The notes under the pieces were generated by a model that saw only the letters and a list, made by a program, of their open reading frames with translations, searched no databases and was not told the DNA's origin. A stretch of 64,000 nucleotides of DNA from Octopus sinensis (lineage: Eukaryota), in assembly GCF_006345805.1 (NCBI RefSeq), contig NC_043008.1, forward strand, positions 65,410,001 through 65,474,000, written 5' to 3'. How positions within the stretch are numbered: position 1 is the stretch's first letter; each line of letters opens with the position of its first letter. Positions 53,201 through 64,000 of the stretch are shown here, in pieces. The position numbers and the translations under genes are program-made.

Positions 53201-53799
53201 TATTATATATATATATATATATAAATACACTTATCAATTAAATATGTGTATATCTTGTATCAAATACCCATTTTTCGTGTTGTAACTCGTTTACCCTCTC
53301 CAAGGAAGTTCATTACCGATAAGGGAAGTGAGGATGTATTCATCATGGATATAAATATGTTTGCATTTGTGTATGTGAAAGAGAGTGTGTGAGCGCGTGT
53401 GTGACTGCCAATGAGCATTTTATGATTACCTGTGTTTCTGTGTGTTAGTGAATAGGTGCGTTTAGATATGATGTGTAGGCATGTAAAATGTCCCATTGAA
53501 GGTTGCAATACAGATAAAGGTATTCTTAATAGTGCTACGCTTCATTATAACGTTGGAACTCTAATTAAAACCAAAAAAATTATAAATGCAAATTTTATTG
53601 CTTATCATCCCACGTTTGACTATTTAATTAATCCATTTACAATAATTCCATATCAAAAAATTAGTTTTATGAACGCATTAAGCATTGGAATTCCTATAAA
53701 TATCGAATAATTAAGGCTGTTCCCGTTGATTGGTTTGCTGCTTTAAAATAATTAATTAACTCAAGGGGAATACTATCTCTAAAATAACTATATACATCT

Positions 53800-53952
53800 C
53801 TCTGCGCATAGATAAATATATATGTGCTTATGTCACAATTTACGTGTACGTGTGAGTATGAGTATGTGCACGCATGCACAAGCACACGCACATATAGACA
53901 TAAACACACATAAACACACCAATAGAACACTCACATATATATAAACTTGCAG

Positions 53953-53989
<37 letters not shown>

Positions 53990-54279
53990 CATATATATGT
54001 ATGTATATATAAGCGTATGTATATATATATGTACACATATATAAACACACACATACATATATACACATGTATACATATGTGTATGTGTGTGTATGTATTC
54101 ATGTATATATATATATCAGTCTATCTATCTGTTCGTCTGTCTGTATGTATATATATTTGTGTATGTATGTATTTATGTATTAATGTATGAATGTATGTAT
54201 GTTTGTATGCATGCATGTATTTTTTTCTAGTTTCAGCTCAGAGCTGCGGCCATGCCGATGCACCGCCGTTGTATGTATT

Positions 54280-54313
<34 letters not shown>

Positions 54314-54369
54314 TGTATGTATTTATATATGTATATATGTATATATGTATATATGTATGTATGTATATA

Positions 54370-54407
<38 letters not shown>

Positions 54408-54535
54408 GGTATGTATGTATGCATGTATGTATATATATGTATGCATGTATGTATGTATATATATATGTATGTATGTATATATACATGTATGTATGTATAT
54501 ATATATGTATGTATGTATGTATATATATGTATATA

Positions 54536-54571
<36 letters not shown>

Positions 54572-55090
54572 TGCATGTATGTATGTATGCATTTGCTTGT
54601 CTGACGAATGTAATACTTTTATAGAAATGTTTTAGAAACCAAGATGCTTGCGACTCAGTCTTTCTTTACATTTGATGAATGCACTTTCGTTCTGCACGTT
54701 ATTTGATATTTAGTTTATTAATTTCATTTTTACAAAATATTCTGCTTCAGCAAATTTTTTATCTGCTTTGATTGCTTATAAACGCCTTATCTTATAACCT
54801 TGCTCATTCTAATTATTCGTATATGTGTTTATGTGTGCGTTTGTGTGCGTTTGTATGTGTGTGTGTGTATTTATATTTGTGCATGTATGTATTTATGTAT
54901 TAAGGTATGAATGTATGTATGTATGTATGTACGTATGTATGCATGAATGCATGTATGTATGTATTTATATGTATGTATGTATGTATGTATGTATATATAT
55001 ATATATATATATTTGTGTGCGTCTGTATGTATAGGCAATCACATATTAATACACACATACAAATACACCCACCCACACAACATATGCACA
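53800..55090. repeat. (TATG)n/(TA)n compound microsatellite field
   Basis: Seen directly. Confidence 0.9.
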
Positions 55091-55328
55091 CATATTTCCG
55101 GGTATCATATACGTAATATTATAATACAGTAGGATTTTCTGTTACTGAATGTAAATGTGAAAACTCGCAAATTTCCGCAGAGAATACCCACAAAAACAAT
55201 TGATCGGTGTAGCTCGATTGCACAGGGTTTATTACAAATCACTACTACTGTTTCAGCACATCCTTATCAAGTATCAATTGCTGAATGTTACATATACTAT
55301 AGACAATATCGCATTAATAGGGCTCAGT

Positions 55329-55693
55329 GGAGGCGCTATGGCCCAGTGGTTAGGGCAGCGGACTCGCGGTCGTAGGATCGCGGTTTCGATTCCCAGACCG
55401 GGTGTTGTGAGTGTTTATTGAGCGAAAACACCTAAAGCTCCACGAGGCTCCGGCTCGGATGGTGGTGATCCCTGCTGTACTCCTGCACCACAACTTTCCC
55501 TCACTCTTACTTCCTGTTTCTGTTGTACCTGTATTTCAAAGGGCCGGCCTTGTCACTCTCTGTGTCACGCTGAATATCCCCGAGAACTACGTCTGTGGAG
55601 TGCTCAGCCACTTACACGTTAATTTCACGAGCGGGCTGTTCCGTTGATCGGATCGACCGGAACCCTCGTCGTCGGAACCGACGGAGTGCTTCC
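55329..55693 (+). mobile_element. Family C tRNA-derived SINE
   Basis: A box TGGCCCAGTGG, B box GGTTTCGATTCC; tail cgtcgtcggaaccgacggagtgc. Confidence 0.9.
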
Positions 55694-55986
55694 ATCCAAT
55701 AGGATTCAAGTGTAGCTCTATATATGTGCATCCTCAAGTGCCCAGTTTCGAAGCACTGTTCAAGATATCTATATACACAGAAAGAGTGAGAGAGAGAAAG
55801 CGAGAGAGAGTAGGATTCGAAGAACTTAATAGATTTCACATTAAGCTCGCTGGCAGCCAATAGGCATGATGGAGAAGAATAAAGCTTGTGTAAGCCTTCG
55901 TGTCACTCTGTAAATTCAAGGGAGATTCCTACAATGTATTTGTGTATATAAACATACATACATACATATATACATATATATATACG

Positions 55987-56019
<33 letters not shown>

Positions 56020-56039
56020 GTTTATATACATACATACAC

Positions 56040-56071
<32 letters not shown>

Positions 56072-56290
56072 GAATGGAGTCGAACGATGTTAACAAAATA
56101 TATATATATATATATTCCGGAGTAAGCACATAGATGTGAAACAAGGTGGAAAAAATACCAGAGGTAGAGTAATATGCTTTATTATAAGCAGCAGAAATAT
56201 CAACAAAAACTGTTCTCAGAGTTTCGCATTCCCGTTTGTCAGTTTTGTTAGATTCTCAGAACAAACGCTTTTAATAAAGTGTATGTATAA

Positions 56291-56366
<76 letters not shown>

Positions 56367-56419
56367 ACATGTATATCTATCTATCTATATATATATATAT
56401 ATATATATGGATATTATAT

Positions 56420-56532
<113 letters not shown>

Positions 56533-57497
56533 GGGATCATTTAATCTATTGCAGTCATAGGTTGCCTTTCTGAAGAAACCACGGTTCAGATAGGTAAATC
56601 CTTACTTTCATACATAATTCAGTGTATATCTTACTCTAGATCAACCAAAATACACTGTACCAAATAAAGGAAATTCAATACCACCGACTTACAACTCCAC
56701 TTAGTTTTGTATATTTAGTTACGCTTTTAGATGGTTTAGTGTTACACCTTTAAATCTAAAAAGGAAATCGTCTTGTGCATTTGTAAAACGTGCGAACGAA
56801 ATATTCTGAATATACAAAGTGTCAGTTTCTGGAAGATTTTATCTTCAGTAAGTAAAAGTAAATATCGACTGGGTTATTTATATGTGTGTTTGTAATGTAC
56901 TGTTTAATACATCTATAAAAAAAATTATTCTATCGAATAAGGTAAACGAAATATGTTTCAAATAACACTTTTAGAAATTGGAAATTTAATTTAATTTATT
57001 TCTCAATTTTCAAACAATAAATATAAGAAAATCGAATGAAAATGTTTAAAAAGTGGAAATGGTTTAATTGCAAATATAAACAGAAATTTTTGAAAGCATT
57101 TCAGAAAATAAATTTTATTATTAGTTAGAATACACGCCAAAGAAAAGACAGAAGCGAAACTAACGTTCATGCTGAAGTTGAATAGGCTAAGTACAGGAGA
57201 AGAAGAAAGAAATTGCATGAATATTTCAGCAATACACAAACACTTAGGCTGAAATATGAGAAATTAAGGAAAAAATACAAGGTACTTCTTTCTCTCCCTC
57301 TCTCTCTTTCACCCCCTCTCTCTTTCTTTCTTTCTCTCTCCCTCTATTTGTATGTATGTTTATATATACATGTGTGTGTGTATGTGGGGGGTGTTTATGT
57401 TTGTGTGTGTGTTTAGACATACACAAGCACATATCTGTCAATAGGAGTATACACACATAACAGACATAATTGTGCGCATATATACAGGCGAATATAT

Positions 57498-57541
<44 letters not shown>

Positions 57542-57546
57542 GTATG

Positions 57547-57578
<32 letters not shown>

Positions 57579-58680
57579 GAGATATAGATATATACATATA
57601 TATATATTTATATGTATGTATATATATATATATGTATATATATATAGAGATATATATATATATATATACATGTATATGTATATGTATGTGTATATATATA
57701 TCTATATATATATATATATATATATATATGCGTGTAGATAGACATGTAAGTATATGTAGATTAGGAAGGGAGGAAAAGTAAAATAACTGCTAATGGTTAA
57801 AATTCAGAAAGTTGAAAAAAAATCTCGTTAGTTATGTTTGCTGTTTCCATAAAGGGAATCTTTAAGCTGGAAAGAATTTGCTACGAATAATCGATAATAT
57901 GGTCCTTTGTACACTCAGCTAAATACTAGTGGAATTATTAACGCACACGAGCGCACACTCACCCTGATAGGCACGCACACACACACATAGACACACACGT
58001 ACACCCGCAAACAAAGTTTCTTATTGCACTAAGTGTAAAGGCCTGTGTTGGTTTAAAACGAATGGTCTGAAAAAAATATACATTCAGCAAAACTTTTAGT
58101 TCCAATGTATTGAATTTCTCCTCTGTAACCGTTTCAACGAAATATCCGCTGCAACGAGATAAAATGCAGTTCGGTTGTATAGAAGTTCAGTTTGCAACAT
58201 AATATTTGAATGATGAAAATTCTAGATTTCACTTTAGATGACAGAAAACACAAGCAATTTTCTGTCAATAATAACTAATGATTCATACATACATATTGTC
58301 CGCATTGGAACACACATGACATTTTCTCCAAAATTCAAATAATATCTATCTATTTTTAATGTAGCCTCTACTCAGTTGCTAGAGTAACTATAGTAAACAG
58401 TTAATTATTCGTTATATTCTACTTAAAATTCCTTAAACGGGAGAATAGCACATTCGACAATGTGGTACTCTCCCATTTACAAACAGACTGAATTGTCACA
58501 TCTGGAATGCATTTTATTACAAAACTGACAGTCTGAAGAGAAATGGTAGAACATTCGGCAGTGCAATAATTAGATCTAGATATATAAAAAGGTTGGCATC
58601 ACGGATTAAAGGATTTTATTTAGAGACCTGACTTGTGAGGTTTGACATCGGGCAAAAGAATTGCAGCAAACATCCTCTAT

Positions 58681-59104
58681 CGCAGGAGTGGCTGTGTTTT
58701 ATGTAGTTTGCTTACCAACCACACGCTTCCGGGTTCATTCTCACTGCGTGGGACCCTGGGCAAGTGTCTTCTACTATAGCCTCGGGGCGACCAAAGACAT
58801 GTGAGAGGAAACTGAAAGAAGCCTGTCGTATATATGTATATATATATATGTATGTGTGTGTGTGTGTGTGTGTGTATGTGCGTGTATATGTTTCTGTGTC
58901 TGTGTTTGTCACCCCAACATCGCTTGACAACCGATGCTGGTGTGTTTACGTCCCCGTAACTTAGCGGTTCGGCAAAAATAGACCGATAGAATAAGTACTA
59001 GGCTTACAAAGAATAAGTCCTGGGATCGATTTGCTCGACTAAAGCGGTGTTCCCACATGGCCGCAGTCAAATGAGTGAAGCAAATAAAAGAGCAAAAGAC
59101 AGAG
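58681..59104 (+). mobile_element. Family B SINE
   Basis: cgcaggagtggctgtg..ccgggttcattctcactgcg..aaaagagcaaaagac. Confidence 0.88.
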
Positions 59105-59174
59105 TATCGTGGAAATATATGCATTAAAGCATTTTTTCGACTCTCTGGCGAGTCTCATAACCTTTGAGTAACAT

Positions 59175-59750
59175 TTCCTTCAAATTTTGGCACAAGAACA
59201 ACCATTTTAGTGGGTGGTAGGGAGTTAATTAGATCTACTACTGTGCTCAATCAGTACTTATTTTATCGACTCCGAAAGGATGAAATATAAAGTGGACCTT
59301 GGTGACATTGGAAATTAGAAAGTAATAGCAGGATGAAACGCCGGTGAGTATTTTGTCCGACACGCTAAGGATTCTGCCTGCTCGACGCCTTAATATTGGT
59401 TTCAAATTTTGGCGTAAGGCAATCGATTTAGAGTAGATGTGTAAGTCGATTATATCAACTCCAGTTTTCAATTGGTTCTTATTTTATCGCGCCAGAAAGG
59501 ATAAAGGGCAAAGTCGATCTCAGTGGAATAACTTATCCGATTAACATAAATAATAAATGTTTCCTATTTTGGCGTATGATCCTAGGAAGGGAAGTCTATT
59601 ACAAGTGTCCATCTAGTACTTATTTTAGTGACCCTACTGGGAAGGATGAAAGGCAAAGCCGATCTCAGCAAGACTTGAACTCAGAATGTAAGGAACCGGA
59701 ATAGATGCCGCTAAAGGTTTCCGACGCGCTGACGATTCGTTTGCTTCTAA
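59175..59750 (-). mobile_element. Three tandem degenerate family A SINEs
   Basis: Three cores: cgaaaggatgaaatataaagtggacc, gaaaggataaagggcaaagtcgatct, gaaggatgaaaggcaaagccgatct. Confidence 0.75.
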
Positions 59751-60834
59751 AATATGTCATAAAATTAAACTATTTATATCATGTTAATTTGGATCGTATC
59801 CTCCGCGTTTCGTTTTGCCCGGTGCTATTTGTAGCTTAAGCTTAAATCCATACGACGCACATTTTACCAATACTCTGAACTATGACATTCATGTTGTCTA
59901 CGCCTTTCTCATTATTGTTGATTGCCTTCCGCCACCTTCATTCTTTCTAATAGTATTTTCCAGTGCCTCGTCCTCCATTTTAGGGTAGAGGTGGGAGTCT
60001 TCTTTTTCGTTTTACAGTGGGTGTTGTTTCTATGTGAAAATCTTTTTTACATGCATACATTTACCCCACGTCACAAGAGGATAGGGTTACACTACTGGTT
60101 GTTGTGAAGGAAATGTGTTACCTGCAGACTTATCCCCAGGTTAAGACACAAGGAAAAGTCAGCCATCATTTCCGGTGCTCTATAGAAACTAGGACCCAAC
60201 AATCTTGCTATTGTCTCAGTTGCTCTCCGCTGCTCTCCGCTGCTCTCCGCTGCTTTTTTTTCCTACGCTTTTCTAAACTTTTTTAGTTATTCAGGGCAGA
60301 ACTCCTTTTGTTATTTTTACAAAGTTATATATAAAAACCAGGCATTTTGTCCCATACAACTAAGATCATGCATGTTGTCGCGGCACCGACCCGCGGTTGA
60401 TCTGTGTGGCATTCATGGGTCATTAGAACTTGCCATTCCATTCTGATCTGTCTCAACCACATACTGCTTCACACCTATCTACTCTAACCGATAGCCCTCA
60501 TATCGATACATAGGTGACGTCCAGCTATAGACCAACATCGTTTCCAGTGACCTTGACACATAACTATGTATAGCTCTACTCTAAATACTGATGCGCAAGT
60601 TTGTTTTCTCTTCTTGCTCGGTAAAGATGAGGCTACCTCCTAGATTAGTGAGATTGATGTCAGTATTGAGCCTCTTGGACTTTCGTAACGAAACTTCTGT
60701 CGATAAAGATTAGAATGAATTGAATTCCAGGAGCGTAGTGTTCTAGAAAGAAGTGAGCTTAGTTCTTACAGCAGCTGGTGCTTGGTTAGACATGTATGGA
60801 AGGGTGTTGAGTGATGGTGAGAATTTTTTTTTTC

Positions 60835-61233
60835 TATTCTAGGCACAACGTCTGAATTTTTCTTTGGGGGGGGGCAGCAGTCGACTAGATCGACCCCAGT
60901 ACGCAACTGGTACTTAATTTATCGTCGGCCGCGAAAGAATGAAAGACAAAGTCGACCATGGCGGAATTTGAACTCAGAAAGTAAAGACAGACGAAATACC
61001 TATTTCTTTATTACCCACAAGGGACTGAACACAGAGGGAACAAACAAGGCCAGACAAACGGATTAAGTGGATTACAATGAACCCAGTGCGTAAATGGTAC
61101 TTAATTTATCGACCCCGAAAGAATGAAAGGCAAAGTCCGCATCGGCAGAATTTGAACTCAGAACGTAACGGCAGATGAAATATTACAAAGCATTTCGCCC
61201 GGCGTGCTAACGTTTCTGCCAGCTCACCGCCTT
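60835..61233 (-). mobile_element. Two tandem family A SINEs (one head-less)
   Basis: Cores at about 60930 and 61115; head gccagctcaccgcctt ends at 61233. Confidence 0.85.
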
Positions 61234-63246
61234 GATGTAGAGAAATATATAAGGTGTAACATGATCCAACCAAGTCATTGCAGCAGAAGCCATTGTAGTA
61301 CCAGTAGCACATACAGAGAGGAGACAGTGTGCCTCCGAACCAGAAGCTAAAGTATCCTCGTGAGTGACTAAATCTACATCAGTTGGGTAGCATATTTTTT
61401 GGAGTGGTCTAGGATTTCTTTGCGTGCAGTAGTATTATTCCAGCTATGAGAGCAGTACTCTAATCTGTAACTGATCTGATTATCAATAATTGCTGAAGGA
61501 AGAATTATTTTCAACATTCAAGAGAAGCGACGGTTAGTAGGTTCAATGTTAAGGGACATGTGCAGTGGTGTGAATAACGTCCCAATTTGTGTGAGGCTCA
61601 GCATTTGAAATTATTGTCAGAATACAATTTGCATACCGCTCATGATTAAGTGGATTGTGGTACTTTGTTGATATGAATAACATTTCTGCTTGGTTGCTGA
61701 TGAAATAGGTATGGTTGACGTTTCCCTAAAGGCGATATTTCGGTATCTCTCGCAGTTTGGGCCTGTTTTCCTTCTCGTGATCTTTAACGTCCCATAGGCT
61801 CTATTCCGGTCAACAAAGAGAGTCTCCTAATCAATCTAACATGGCAACTTTTAGTTCCCTTTCTAAAGGCATATGGAATCCCTTTCTATTTTTAAGCAAG
61901 AAGAGTTAAATAATTTTTTTCTGTTTGTGGACCGTGTAAGAAGAATCGTTCAAGAGAACCTGGACCTCTTGAAGAATGATTTACTTAACCATGATATATA
62001 TAACAAATTTTTATCACTATGACACATACATGCATGCACGCATACATGCATACTGCATACACAAAAACACAGACACACATGCATACGTGTGTGTGTGTGT
62101 GTTTGTAAAATTTAATTTGTTTACGTATATAATTGTAAAAATATAATTATAGTTAAGGGCTATTGGAAATGACCATCGCCAATGCTAGGAGTAGATGTCA
62201 AATACCTACAATCCACTCCAAAATGTGTTCCTTATATTCAGCCACAGGTACATACGCGAGGGAATGAGCAAGAAAATACAAAAAGTATTGGATAATTCTA
62301 TACCTTGAGATTTCACGGTCTGCAAAAGATTGCTTTGCGATCTTCAATAGAATATACCATTAATATATAAACAAGAAATACACGTACCCACCGAAAAATT
62401 CACCCGCAGATACGAATATATCAGTAGACGAAAAAGCCTTATATATATATATTCTATAGAATTATGCTTATAGGTGTATGTGTGTGTGGTGTGTGTGTGT
62501 TAGCGTTTGTGTATGACAATGAAAACATAACCCCTCTCGTCTTTCAAAATAAATTTATATATTTTTGGCATGTGTCACGCAGTCCAATTTGTCTGCCTAA
62601 ACCTCCGTTAGATAATCTCAGGGTTCAATGTTTTCAATAAAATCTGTTTTCTTCTTTCTTTCTTTTTTTTTTCGTTTTCTTTTATAATAATCTGAAACGA
62701 AAGATCAATGGAAAGTATCAGACTTTTGGAATGAATCATTTGTATTTTATTTTTTGAATTCGCAAATGCTATACTGTTCTCATATTGATTTTTTAAATGA
62801 CATTATTTATTAGATAAGAACAAGTCTACCTCGCCATTGTGATAACATATTCGCATTTTTAAGATTTCTCATTTTGAAAAATGGCAAGAAAGATTAGTTT
62901 ATGCCTGCTGGTGTATAGACAATATTTTATGTCTGGCGGGGAATCAGTAGTTGATGGAAGCACAATGATATTAGTCTCACTATATTCCCCCTTGCAAACA
63001 GTCTGGTCAGTATTACCCTTCACTGAATCTTTCTTTCAATAGTGCTATTCATTGTCACTTATTACTAATTGTAACATTTTCCCAGTAGACATCTATATGT
63101 ACGGAGAGTCTATAATTGCAGAATGATATTTGAGAGACTTAGTGACAGTAGACAGAGTAGACAGAATGATGTAGCTTCTCTTTCGATAATCTACGAGTTG
63201 TGCATATTTTCAGTTGGTGTAGTTTCCAAATAGTATATGTATATAC

Positions 63247-63361
<115 letters not shown>

Positions 63362-64000
63362 TACTGAGTGGCAATATGAAATAATGACACTAACATACGG
63401 AGTGTACAGGGAGTGTTATAAAATGGGGTGTAGGTCGGTATGTTGATTCCAGTAGATGTAGGATTTTGTGAGTGTGTAATGAGATCCACCATTTGTTTGA
63501 CTTTTGGCTAAGGAATTATTGCAACGCAATTGTGTGCAAACTGGAAAAGGGTGGCATCAGGTGCTTCATGAAAATTGCAGAATTGGAATGAGGAGCATCA
63601 AAGTGTGGAGAAATGAGTAGATCCTCAGAAACTATTAAATAAAACGTTGCTGCAAATTTGAAGTAGTTACAGCAACATTCGATTCGGTATAATGGTTAGA
63701 AAGGTATAAGAAAGGAAACAAAATAAGGTTACGATGCGGGTGAAAAGAACCTCGATATTTCATGGTAGCATCAGTGCAATTTGGTAACGCTGGAAGACAC
63801 GATACAGTGGAAGATTACCTAATTTAAAAAATTTTCAGTTGCCAACTGATGAAGCAAATGTTTTGCAAGTACAATATAAATTATAATGATGATATAGTCT
63901 GCAAATAAGAAGTTCAAAAATTGTTTTAAAATGCATAAAAAAAAATACCGTCTCAAGTTTTGCAGTTTCCTTCCTTTGTGAATTTCCAGCAGCAGACGAC

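Noticed and set aside
58435-58478. Small interrupted hairpin gggaga..cacatt-cgac-aatgtg..tctccc
   Set aside because: Too short for a pre-miRNA and expected by chance at this scale.
60095-60240. Minus-strand FYRAPEMM resembling kinase subdomain VIII
   Set aside because: No DFG before it, no DxWSxG after it, and the frame closes quickly.
61330-61860. Overlapping 58-70-codon minus-strand frames (possible exon 61641-61729 or decayed Penelope RT)
   Set aside because: Two frames are open and no diagnostic motif is convincing; cannot be called either way.

Overview
AT-rich, microsatellite-saturated animal genomic DNA. The SINE families and repeat landscape look like a coleoid cephalopod (Octopus-like); this is recognition, not a database result. 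No intact long ORF is present, and nearly all ORFs in the supplied track are simple-repeat artefacts. Recognisable content: two near-full-length decayed mariner transposons, a maT-like fragment, a hAT-type MITE, a Tx1/L1-clade RT remnant, three R4/Dong-clade LINE fragments, a Penelope-like GIY-YIG remnant and many tRNA-derived SINE copies of at least three families. Four phase-compatible candidate exons (50.3 to 34.0 kb, minus strand) suggest an unidentified host gene. The most notable feature is at 31.19-31.70 kb: a tRNA-headed SINE-like element whose tail carries a minimal type I hammerhead ribozyme with a palindromic, dimer-type stem III. It is arranged as a head-to-head inverted duplication and inserted into another SINE with an 11-bp target duplication. 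A second head-to-head inverted element (12.8-13.4 kb) lies next to the Penelope remnant, and a pri-miRNA-sized hairpin sits at 44.1 kb.
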